Below the pieces are notes generated by a model, which had not been told where the DNA came from, searched no databases, and saw nothing but the letters and a program-made list of their open reading frames with translations. A stretch of DNA of 64,000 nucleotides from Neoechinorhynchus agilis. Lineage: Eukaryota; Animalia; Acanthocephala. The DNA is taken from the NCBI GenBank assembly GCA_051530055.1, contig CM121341.1, positions 9,898,784-9,962,783 of the forward strand, read 5' to 3'. Positions 1-10,976 of this stretch are shown in pieces. Position numbers and translations under genes: made by a program. Every line of letters starts with the position of its first letter. Within the stretch, counting starts at the first letter, position 1.

Positions 1-1062
1 TACAATTCCGTGTTTCTTCGACCGAAATCCTAGTCCTCCTTTGGACAGTGGCAAGAAAACAACGCGGTTGTTAAAAAATGCGGCTAGATTTCTTGATCGG
101 CTTTGTATCTCATTAAATGCCCGACGACACACATTTACAATTTCGTGTTTCCTCGACCGAAATCTTAGTCCTCCTTTAGACAGTGGCAAGAAAACAACGC
201 GGTTGTTAAAAAATGCGGCTAGATTTCTTGATCGGCTTTGTATCTCATTAAATGCCCGACGACACACATTTACAATTTCGTGTTTCCTCGACCGAAATCC
301 TAGTCCTCCTTTAGACAGTGGCAAGAAAACAACGCGGTTGTTAAAAAATGCGGCTAGATTTCTTGATCGGCTTTGTATCTCATTAAATGCCCGACGACAC
401 ACATTTACAATTTCGTGTTTCCTCGACCGAAATCTTAGTCCTCCTTTAGACAGTGGCAAGAAAACAACGCGGTTGTTAAAAAATGCGGCTAGATTTCTTG
501 ATCGGCTTTGTATCTCATTAAATGCCCGACGACACACATTTACAATTTCGTGTTTCTTCGACCGAAATCTTAGTCCTCCTTTAGACAGTGGCAAGAAAAC
601 AACGCGGTTGTTAAAAAAAATGCGGCTAGATTTCTTGATCGGCTTTGTATCTCATTAAATGCCCGACGACACACATTTACAATTTCGTGTTTCTTTGACC
701 GAAATCTTAGTCCTCCTTTTAGACAGTGGCAAGAAAACAACGCGGTTGTTAAAAAATGCGGCTAGATTTCTTGATCGGCTTTGTATCTCATTAAATGCCC
801 GACGACACACATTTACAATTTCGTGTTTCCTCGACCGAAATCCTAGTCCTCCTTTAGACAGTGGCAAGAAAACAACGCGGTTGTTAAAAAAATGCGGCTA
901 GATTTCTTGATCGGCTTTGTATCTCATTAAATGCCCGACGATACACATTTACAATTTCGTGTTTCCTCGACCGAAATCTTAGTCCTCCTTTTGACAGTGG
1001 CAAGAAAACAACGCGAATGTTTAAAAAATGCGGCTAGATTTCTTGATCGGCTTTGTATCTCA
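1..1062. repeat. Tandem satellite array, 135-bp unit, ~7.9 copies, truncated by the window edge
   Basis: GACAGTGGCAAGAAAAC recurs at 44, 179, 314, 449, 584, 722, 857 and 993 with near-identical units. The ORFs 41..658 and 659..901 are just the 45-codon repeat read in frame. Confidence 0.97.
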
Positions 1063-1569
1063 TAAATATGTTTCTTAGGAATACGCGTGGGACTTGTTCA
1101 AAATTACTTGTAAGTTTTCTACTATCTAAACCCGTTTTCCCACGCATTTATCTCGCCCTCATCAAAACAAATTATAGACAGCATATCTACTCCAAGAAAG
1201 ACCGAAAGTAGTCTTTTTATATGAGGGAAATGGACTCAAATGACTTCAAAAAAAGCTGATATTCTCATCATCACTAAGTCCAATTATCACACTTAAACAT
1301 AGTTTCCGTGTATTTCACATTGACTAATAAAACCGATAAATAAACGAGAAATTTTTTTTAGCTTGTATATGGTAACATGAGCTCAAACTTCCAGTAATCA
1401 TTTACTGTTCGAATCAAATAAATTTTCTAAATTGTGGGTAAGCAACAACTAGCTTGCTACCTTCTACCCATTGCTTTTCACCTTGTAGCATCTCCTATGA
1501 TAAAGGCAAACCAACACACATTGGTGCTCGATATACAAAATATTGTTCCTGGCTCCTAACACCAAACCA

Positions 1570-2381
1570 ATGAGTCAGGAGAGGGTGACAACCGAACAGA
1601 ATCAATCGGATAACCAACGAGCCCGAAGGTCCAATCCATGGGGCCAGTTATCATATGAGGATTTGATAGTAGCAGCCATCAATAGTAGTCCCGAAGAACA
1701 ATTGTCAACAAAGCAAATCTGCAAATATTTATGTGATAATTTTCCGTATTTTGCAGAGCGTAGAAAAGGTGCAATTGCAAAAAATTTGAAGGTAGCAAAA
1801 CGATGTTATAAGAAAACGTTTTCATTGTAATTCATTTTTAGACTTCAGTAAGACATAAGTTGTCCGGTTCCCGTAGATTTATCCGAGTGCCAATTCCGAA
1901 CAAACCGAAAATATCTCATTGGCGAATTGATAAAAATTACAGAAGATACCAAGGAAGGCAAAAGAACAGAAATCCTACAGGAGTGGATCAGCAAGCTTCC
2001 AGAGTTGGGCATAACCATACAATAGTACGAAATTGGCCATCTCCTCCACTTCGTATAAAACGGCCAAGACCGGACGAAGGACAAGCGCCAATAGTTCCGC
2101 CTCCGACCAGAATAATACGACCATGCAATTCGTCCGGTCTTATTGTTCGGCGGTTGAATCCTCAAGAAATCGAAGATCAAACATTGAGAAAACAAGATGA
2201 TGCAGTATCTAAAAGTAGTGGTGTTGGTGGTGGTACAGGAGATGATTCTGATGACAACTCAAGTTCGTCAGTTCGAAAGCAGACAGCGTCTATAACAGAC
2301 CATCTTCTCGTCAATAGAACCGAACAAAATGAGGAGCACATTTACAATCAGAATCGCCGCCATTATGAAGCGTTAAAATAG
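1570..2381 (+). pseudogene. FoxO: FoxO-like forkhead transcription factor, copy A (exons 1570-1791 and 1842-2381); conserved W changed to L and 3' end scrambled
   Basis: RRSNPWGQLSYEDLIVAAINSS...NFPYF...NLK|TSVRHKLS...RFIRV...SHWRID. The GT..AG intron 1792-1841 joins the frames at the FoxO-typical WK|NSIRH position. Indels after ~2260 relative to copy B give an earlier stop. Confidence 0.75.
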
Positions 2382-2547
2382 CTGCGGACGAAAATGGGAG
2401 TTGCTCCTATCTCTCCACGTACTCCACTGCGCGGATCCATATTATACGGAGCTTACACCAGGAATAAATTATAGTCATTATAGGTTTACAATAAACGGAG
2501 GAAGGGGAGCTCTCGAAACAAAGAATCATTGTGGTCAAATGAAATGG

Positions 2548-2638
2548 GGAAAAATAATATATCAAAGACTGACTTTAAAAAGTCCAGTGTAATTGGACGA
2601 AATAGTTCAAAGTCAGTCTTTGATATAGAATTTTTTCC
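2548..2638 (+). other. ~29-bp hairpin whose loop holds a core-decayed hammerhead relic (second copy 11955-12045)
   Basis: Arms 2548-2576 and 2609-2638 share a perfect 19-bp core TATATCAAAGACTGACTTT. The loop contains AG-TCCA-GTGTAAT-TGGA-C-GAAA-TAGT, matching the stem II/GAAA of the 62949-62987 motif, but CTGAAGA is missing. Confidence 0.6.
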
Positions 2639-2689
2639 ATGGAATTTATCGGTTTCAAGGCATCATTGCATAATAGTTTACAAACTATC

Positions 2690-3320
2690 CCACAATCACC
2701 TATTCAACTCAAAATTAGATTCTTACGGGGATAACTCTTGACATCTCCTCCCCCTTATCGTCTCCAAACTTCTGGCGGGCGTCTGGTACGTGTACTCCTT
2801 CGAAGAGCAATAGTATGTTCAGGTTCGGATCTTTCTAATAATGGATTTTAGCGGCGTCACGTTCTATGGACGAAGTACTTTATTATTATTATATCCACAT
2901 TGGTCAAATGCTTGTTGTCCTTCTTCATTCGGCGAAAGGAAACTTCTTCCGGCTGCCCGTCATTCACGTGAAAGAAGTCGCCGCTACAGGATCGTCTTCC
3001 AATCTCTGTAATTTTGGATCGTCTTCTTTCTCGTCTCGCTTGTCTTCGATCGGTGAGCTGTTTCCCATCTTATTCCCTTCCGCATCTTTTCCGGATTCTT
3101 CTTCGCTGTACTTTTAAAAGTCCCCGTGAATCCTGTGCTCTCCCTCTGATTACTATCTTCGATCGTATATGAAACGGGGCCGCTTCTATCCGTTATCTCG
3201 CCTTCGTTCCAAGTCTGATCATTAGGTCTTTTAAACCAAATCGCTTGTCCTTTCTCGAATTCCCTGAATTTCCTCTTATGGTCGTATTCCCTCGTATACT
3301 TTTCCGCGACTGACTCGTGA
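2690..3320 (-). mobile_element. Ty3/Gypsy 3' end: integrase C-terminal region, polypurine tract and start of 3' LTR
   Basis: Minus strand reads YDHKRKFREFEKGQAIWFKRPNDQTWNEGEITDRSGPVSY. PPT AAGGGGGAGGAGA (2756-2744) is directly followed by TGTCAAG at 2743. Confidence 0.75.
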
Positions 3321-3468
3321 TTTTATTTATTCAGCCACACACAATAGACACAATACAAATACTAGTTCACAAACCAAATGGTCATCGGAAATCTTAACCC
3401 CAAATTCCCAAGGATCAAAACCTGTACTTTATCCTAAGGAACAATATTTGACTATTTGAATAGTAAAA

Positions 3469-3587
3469 GTATACGCCATGTTGTTTATGAACCGGTCACG
3501 TGTCCGCTCTCCTTATCCCAGGTAACGCCTACGGTTTCTTCTTTATATATTAGAAAATAGTTAAACACTCGCTACTTCATAACAACA
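3469..3587 (-). mobile_element. Short (109-bp) LTR 3479-3587 followed by a primer-binding site
   Basis: Termini TGTTGT..TATGA / TCATA..ACAACA form an imperfect inverted repeat. On the minus strand ACAACA is followed immediately by TGGCGTATAC (PBS-like). Confidence 0.65.
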
Positions 3588-3619
3588 TTCAATGTTGCCA
3601 AAAGTCATCATAAGTTTAT

Positions 3620-4870
3620 TCTGAATGGTTACTTTTCTTTACATTCACCACCTCCCACCAAATTCCAGCTTTTGTCCTTCCTCGACCGTCGCCATCACGC
3701 TGGCAGCATTGCCCCGTTGTACTGCCAGCGAGATATTTTGTCGAAGAAATAAGCCTGCTCTTGAGTCTCCGGTTGCCTCTCTCAATTTCTTCGAGAGATC
3801 CTTGAGCAGAGAGAGAGTGCCGAGCTGCCGAGCGCTCCATACGTCTCTACCCCAAAGGGGACAAAATAGTGAGCCCTCGATAGCTGCATATATTTTCGTA
3901 CCTTCCTCCCTTCCGCTGCACTGGCGGCACCACCGGCGATTTCGAGGGAGTAGGGGATGTTGCTGGCTGCGAGGGTGTCCACACACGTGGCGTCCCAGAG
4001 AAGGCATTTGCCCTCCCGCCACGGGAAGACCGAAATTCCATCGGGCCTACGGCCGTCTAGTCTGCAGAGGTGGGCGGGTTCCAGGATGTTCGGGAAGTTC
4101 GCCGTTCTCAACGCCCGAGAAATTACGTTATTGAATTCAGAATGGCGTGAAAACCTTCCTGCTGACCTTCTGCAGACGAGACCGTGTCGCCCGAAAGCAT
4201 CAACCAAAGACCCACATCGACAGCGAAGGGGCGTGCATATCGGGAGACCGAGTCTTAAGGATACTGCGATCCTCGTCACCTCGTCAGTAAGAAGAGTTCC
4301 CACAGATGCCAGAGGAACAGCCTCCAACCACGCCCCAGATTCTCGTGTTGAAACTGCCAACAGTCTAGCTCGGACAATCACATCGCGAGAACCTGAAAGA
4401 AGAGAGCTGTGAGCTCTCGCGACAAGAGGTCCGTCCCAGATCGACTGTCTGAGGCCATTCACGGGAACTTGGTTAGCGCCTGTCTGCTGGCACCATTCCT
4501 CAACCGCCACCACGAAATCCCGGTCAAGACAAAACTTTTCTTTCAAAATGTTCTTCGAGACTGGTAGGCTCCCCTCAAACGATCCAAGAAAGGCCGGCAA
4601 AGCAAGGTCGATTAGTGCCCGAATTCCCAATCCCCCAGATGACACAGGCAAAGAAGCTTGTCGCCACGCCTCATCTGAGAGCTGGACATTTAAAATACGC
4701 TCGAGGCAAGCCCTCACCTTGCCGTCGAGCTTAGCCAATCCTTCCTTGTGTTTGAAAAATGTTGCTGTGCGAACCTTGTACAATAACTTGGGGATGAAGA
4801 GCGCGTTCTTTATGAGAAACAAGGCTTCATGAGCCGAGAGAGAGCACACCCCATCGCACAGGCGCAATTG
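3620..4870 (-). mobile_element. CRE-type (RLE) non-LTR retrotransposon, 5'-truncated 3' part
   Basis: ORF 3782..4867 has the CRC..H..VC...RH zinc knuckle and the RPDG..PW..GK.LLWD restriction-like endonuclease motif. Highly similar to 55800-57020. An extra CT causes a late frameshift. Confidence 0.85.
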
Positions 4871-5220
4871 GAAAATGGTAGCGATACATACAAGCTAGAA
4901 CGTTGCAAAAATAGATTGGTCTGTGCATAACTGCCATTTCATCGACATTTCAACAATTAGCGCAACATTCCAAGAAACTTCAATGGCCCGCAGCAAATCC
5001 AATGATTCAAAATTTTGTGATATATTGCGACATCCAATGTTAATCTCCAATGAAAATTGCACAAATTATACCGCAAATAGTTCATGCGATAATCGCACTA
5101 CTTCGAGTGTTACAAAAACCTTGAAAATATATCCAATTTACGATGCGAGTTCAGCAAAGACGCGGAGTATTTCGTGCGCTTGCAAACCTACTGATTCGGA
5201 GCAATACGTTTTTTGAAATT

Positions 5221-5307
5221 ATGAACTGTTTCCGGAATTGTCTATGTCTACAATGCGTTCGTTCGTCGTTTGAGGAGGAGGATAAATATACTTGCCCAAT
5301 TTGCCGG
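5221..5307 (+). pseudogene. C-terminal half of a RING-finger-like motif
   Basis: MNCFRNCLCLQCVRSSFEEEDKYTCPICR (C..C...CPICR). The His position is not conserved and the frame ends at TGA (possible donor GTGAAT). Confidence 0.4.
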
Positions 5308-6364
5308 TGAATCCCGGATTCTATTTTCGACAGTATTTTGTGGCCCTCAAAAGAGAATGAACGATCGGCTTTAATAAAGGTCTTGCATGAAATCGATGTG
5401 GAAAATCAAAAAGTTGACGGTAAAATCAATGCAGAAGCTTTTTGAGGTGATAAAAGTTGCCATGGATAAAAGTAAATACGTTAAATTGAACTTCGTCCTC
5501 TCTATTTCGGAACTGATACAAGGATCTTTCCTGATTTATCATTCACGTCAATGATTGGAACTTTCCTAGTATGAGATTGGTGATTTTGTACAATTAGCCG
5601 TGAGCAGTCGAAGAGGTAGGAACATATATTCATTTTTGGAGCTGAGGTGGAAATATGAAGCCAGAGATAACAATGAAGCCTATAATTTGCGCTTAAAATT
5701 TTTCATAAATTAACAGAGATCTTGAAACATCAATTATTTATCTTTGCATTATTTCCTGATTTTCTACTACATTAAAAAAGACTATTTTTCTTCTGATTGG
5801 TGTATAAGTTAAGTGATTGGCGTCAAGTAGCGCAAAATCAGAATTTTTGTCCTATCTGAATCAAAATAAAAAGTTTGAAAACGTTGACGATATTCTAATA
5901 CCAACTTATGGTAGCGGTTTTGAAAAATTAAAACTTGGATGTTTAAATGTTGAGCGGATAGACGCAGTCTTATCATAAATTTGCGAAGGACATTCGACAC
6001 GTTGCAACAAAACCTTAATTTATCCACAATAGAAATCGAATAATTTTAAAGGGCTTATACATCTTTCTTGAAAAATTGAACGTTCCAAATTTTATTTTTG
6101 TTTCCATTTTCAAAGAAACACATTAAATCGACTCGCACTTGCTTGAATCAATTCAATTTCTCAATGTCTTACGCTCATAATTTTATTTATAGCAGTTAAA
6201 GAGCGCGTTTGGTCGACAACAACGGAATAAAATGTTTAACTACTGATCGCAGCAATGAGCGGGTTTTAATATTGCACAAACGTATCTCAAAAAAACGACG
6301 TATCACATGTTTGCAGCGCGTAGTTTTGCTGTTGATAAAAATTGCGCTCAGCAAAAAAAACCTT

Positions 6365-7250
6365 TTAAAAGATCCGGATCCTCTGGATGATAGAGGAGGA
6401 GGTATGTATGAAGCTTTGGATGTGGATAAAGAGGAGGTAAGTGCGTGTGTATGTGAGACGGGAATCGGTCAATACGATCCTGCCGTTGTTTCCTCCATGT
6501 TGCGTGAATGTGAGACAGTTAGATCTTCCATAGATCATTCCACCTTTTTTCCCTCCCACATTTCCCCTTCACAATCCATGAAAGGTTTCAAACGACTTAC
6601 CAGAAAAGAAGACCATATTGTCAAAATTGTTAAGGAAGAATCGGGAGACCGTACCCCCTCATTCCTGACCAAGTCATTCTTCTCAAAGTTTCTTCTTCCT
6701 AAAGGTTACGCTTCAAAAAGAACTACAATTTAAAAAGCTTTTTCAGCACCAAGTTTGCTTCCATATTGGGTAAAGAGTTATTCTTGAAAATGCTTAAAGA
6801 GCTACATATTAAGTGCGTTGATATGTCACGTAGAGTGACATTCCTTATGTATAACCCCCCACTGATCTTTCTCAGGAGGAATTTGCGGATATCCAAAAAG
6901 AATTCGGGATTTCTCCAATAAAATATTTCAAAAGACATCCTAACTCTGAACCCCATGACCTAACGTGCTCAGCTCCTCTAAATATCGCTGAAAAATCCGT
7001 GGCTCTGGACTAGGGATTAGATCGCACTGGGTCACTTTTTCTGCCCTTAAAGGGTCAATTTATGACTTTAACCTTATAATTTGTCAAAAATGCTCCCGCT
7101 GGGGTCATATGGCTTCTAATTGCTCACATAAAACTAGGTGCTTTCTATGTACTGGAAGTCATACAAAAAAGGAGTGTCCGGGAGAGTCGATAAAATATGC
7201 AAATTGCTCCGAATACCGGTCGTCATCCTGTTATCCTACTCTTCCTTAAC
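6365..7250 (+). mobile_element. Decayed LINE ORF1 (gag-like) with CCHC knuckles
   Basis: Near 7078-7240: ICQKCSRWGHMASNC..TRCFLCTGSHTKKECP..ANC. The RKEDHI motif is shared with 29690 (RKEDYI) and 48520. Confidence 0.7.
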
Positions 7251-8469
7251 TAGGTTTTTGTTTCATTCTTTACATCGTCCTTGGGCTCTGTCCTGACTCG
7301 GAATCATTGTGATTGAATGGCTGTAAATCAAAAGGCGGGGGAAACGGACAGCAGCAAAAGTTGTCTTGTTGAAAAGGAGTTCCTTGTTAGGGTGTTTGTA
7401 GCTGCCGTTCAAAAAGGAGTTAATAAAAACAATGAAATCTACAAAGTACTGTTAGAGCTAAAAAAATATTGTATATTCTTCACAGAATCAGCTTGTAAAT
7501 TGCATTAAATCGACTGATTTCGCCAATTGTTCGCTATGATAACTTTTTATCAATTTATTAAAAAACCCTGAGTTTAAAAAGCTTTAAAGGAGCTGCGACG
7601 AACAGAACTCCCAAAATGAACATTTCGATGTGGGCGTTTCGGTTAAAGTCGCGATGCGAAAGGAGCTATCCATCGGAATATAATGCCAAATCTTACTCCG
7701 TCAGAATTATTCAAATATATTCGAAGTTTCAGAGGACTATAATTATATAGCTACGCCCAATTCCGATTGGATTTTAGTTGAATGCCGAAGATCCAGTGGA
7801 AATGCCGTCCGTTGTGAAGATGGCCCCGAATTGTAGAGGAAATTATAGAACTCATTAACTCTTCGCTGTTACACTCGCGTATCAATAAGGCAAAATATTT
7901 GCGAATAAGAGAAAAAAACAATTGCTTGCGATCGCATGACTTGGTCGCTATGACAACTTTTGATCAATTTATTTAAATAAACCTTAGCTTTGAAAATTTC
8001 AAGGAAGCGACAAATATAACTTCGGATTTCTCAGGATACCGTATTCTTGGGCATCCCAATCCTTCGTTGGGATGGGGGGGATTCTTTAAAACGAAGGATT
8101 TCTCGGGATGCCGCTATAGTTGTGAATCCCAATCATTCGTTGAAAGATTCCTCAAAACGATGAATTTTTTGAGATATCGTCAAGCTAAAGGCATGAAATA
8201 TTCGGTACAATTCTTCTACCTTGAACTTCATGGACTAAGTCGATCAAGGCTTTTTTAACGGATTGAAGACTTTACTTGCATGTATTTAATAAATAAATTG
8301 TCTTTTGTAACTTCTAGACCTCTGATTTTATGATTCGCATTATATCCGTGAAAACAATTGAATCAATCTTAATATTCCACCGTTATGACATTTTCAAAAA
8401 AATCATAAAAATTAATCATTTGGCATATAAAAAACAGGGGTTGTAAAGAAATTATTCATTGTAGTTTCA

Positions 8470-8576
8470 GTTTCAATTAGCGATATTTGATAAGCAATTG
8501 ACTGAAGAAGGCCAACGATAGGACCGAAAATTTTCAATATAAACCTTTCTCTGAATCAAACATCGCTAATTGAAAC
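8470..8576 (+). ncRNA. Minimal type I hammerhead ribozyme motif (8497-8538) inside a 21-bp hairpin
   Basis: attga-CTGAAGA-a-ggcc..ggacc-GAAA-at-T-T-tcaat: stem I attga/tcaat, palindromic AATT stem III. Flanking inverted repeat 8470-8490 / 8556-8576 has one mismatch. Confidence 0.65.
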
Positions 8577-8929
8577 GGAAAAAACAGAGGTTTTAAAAGT
8601 TTTTACATTTTGCAATCACGTTTTTCATCATCAATACAAATTTCTCCTCGCGTTTTTTGACAATACAAAGAAACATTTAGGAGGACCCGTGTACCTTTAA
8701 GTCCTCGTAAACACTCGAGTTCTGATTGGAAAATGAAACTGGCTATTGATTTTGGAGTGAATTGCGAGTCCAGGCGGGTGGTAATATCCGGTCGGGTTGG
8801 AAGGTCCGCTCTAGTGGTAATTGGCGTTTATTTCTTACAGGAGCGCTTGTAATGTTGGTATTTCCTATGGTTCATTTCTGGGCATGATTATGTGAAAGTG
8901 GGGAAAATTATGTATCAAAGAATAACTTT

Positions 8930-8974
8930 AATTGAAATATTTCGTTTAATCACGCTGGACTTCTTCAGTCAATT
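8930..8974 (-). ncRNA. Minimal hammerhead ribozyme motif with weak stem II
   Basis: Reverse complement reads aattga-CTGAAGA-ag..c-GAAA-ta-T-T-tcaatt (6-bp stem I). Sequence 8900-8974 is homologous to 62915-62987. Confidence 0.55.
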
Positions 8975-10976
8975 ATCTGAAAAGGAATTTGGAAAAATTC
9001 ATGGCCTGATCTGTCCGAGTAATCGTGAAGGCCCAAGTGGTGCAGAAGAGCAACAAGAAGAAATTGATGCCATTCAATGGAACGTTGAAGAATTCATTCA
9101 AAGGTTAAAAAATGATGAATCCATTGTCTTCGGCGGTAAAGGGTTCATAACTGAGGTTACACCCGACGATGAAATCGAACTTGCAATCGAAGCAGCTCTT
9201 GCTTCAAACGAAACTTACAAGTATGGCTTTTGCGTTGAATCCGATGGAAGCATAGTTCCGACTACAAATATTTAAATTCTCTTTGCTTGTTGACCGTTGT
9301 GTTTTCCTTTAACTACCACTTTTTTTATTCAGATGATCGATAAAGGAAAAACTACTAAGACGCTTGTTGTTCACATTTCACGCTTGCCTGATTTTATTGA
9401 AAGAGAAGGCGCCCATCTCAGGGTGACCTATGTATGTTTCTGTACATTGATCTGGGTTGCTTTGTTGAGTTGCATTAGGCTTGAAAGTTAAAGAAAAAAC
9501 AGGGAGTTTATGGGAGAAATGAGCAGGGGTTTTGAAAAACTTTTAAACGCTAATTACGATGGGCAAATAAAGGTTACTTAATTCTTAAAGAAACATGTGG
9601 ATTCCGATAATTGAGGTCTTTGTCTTATACGTTGGACCCAAATAAACCATGATTCCCGTATTTGTGTACTTGTACAAACGCCAAGCGCACAGTTGAATAC
9701 GAATTATCCGCGTTTTAACATTTTTACACCAATTCGTATCAAAAAGATGAACAAATCAAAAAGACGCCTACAACTGAACGGCCAACATTGGTCAAACACT
9801 AAAGAATGAAAAACTAGGAAATTAGGCGATTAAGAATTAATAATAACACATTTTTTTGTTCAAAGCAGAAAAACCATGTACCTTTAAGTCATCGTGAGCA
9901 CTCGAGTTCTTATTTGTTAAATGAATGCGGTTCTTCACCTTGTAGTGGATTACGGGTTCGTTCTGGTGGGAATATCCCATCGGGGGATGTCCGATCTGGT
10001 GGAGATTCGCGGATATTGTTCGCAGAAGAGCTTGTGAGGTTGGGTCTTTCCTCAGGTTCATTTCTAGTCATGATATCCGCGAAGATTGAGCAGTGTTGTG
10101 AAGGGAGCTGAAGTGGACGGGGTCCGATGTATTGGAGGATTTAATGAATCGGGATTTCGATTGTTGTGTTCATGTTAAAAGGGGAATAGAATGTGGTAAA
10201 AATTGTAGTAATAGAGAAGATAGGCGTTTTAATTGTTTGATGAAATTCTATTAAGGAATTAAGTGAGCGGGGGAAAATCACGAGCCCATAGTGAATTTAA
10301 AACTCGATGCCGCATTCACTGTAAAACTTTATTTAAAATCTGTACAAGTTCACCAGTTTCTTGAATATCGCCTTATACAACTTTTTATTGTTTGTACGGA
10401 TCGAAGTTATATTCGTTGAGCATTATCGCCCAACGCACTAACGGGTTTTTTTAAATTCGTCAGAAATATGTTTCTTAGGAATACGCGTGGGACTTGTTCA
10501 AAATTACTTGTAAGTTTTCTACTATCTAAACCCGTTTTCCCACGCATTTATCTCGCCCTCATCAAAACAAACTATAGACAGCATATCTACTCCAAGAAAG
10601 ACCGAAAGTAGTCTTTTTATATGAGGGAAATGGACTCAAATGACTTCAAAAAAAGCTGATATTCTCATCATCACTAAGTCCAATTATCACACTTAAACAT
10701 AGTTTCCGTGTATTTCACATTGACTAATAAAACCGATAAATAAACGAGAAATGTTAAAAAAATTCTAGCTTGTATATGGCAACATGAGCTCAAACTTCCA
10801 GTAATCATTTACTGTTCGAATCAAATAAATTTTCCAAATTGTGGGTAAGCAACAACTAGCTTGCTACCTTCTACCCCTTGCTTTTCACCTTGTAGCATCT
10901 CCTATGATAAAGGCAAACCAATACACATTGGTGCTCTATATACAAAATATTGTTCCTGGCTCCTAACACCAAACCA

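Larger units (their letters stand above)
1064..2667 (+). repeat. Segmental duplication copy A (FoxO locus); copy B at 10464-12084
   Basis: Near-identical sequence from AAATATGTTTCTTAGG (1064/10464) to CGGTTTCAAGGCA (about 2660/12077). Confidence 0.95.

Noticed and set aside
41-901. Repetitive 205-aa and 80-aa ORFs; CRISPR-like periodicity
   Set aside because: They are the 135-bp satellite read in frame. Units are fully repeated with no unique spacers and there are no cas genes.
2529-2741. Apparent FHA domain (IGRNSS...D...SRHH) next to the forkhead gene
   Set aside because: IGRNSS is encoded by the hammerhead-relic loop (ATTGGAC-GAAA-TAGT-TCA) and hairpin arm, the C-terminus is LTR sequence, and copy B has a stop. 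Most likely coincidental.
8892-9275. 127-aa ORF as a gene
   Set aside because: Its first third is the antisense of the hammerhead-family element and the rest has no recognisable motif.
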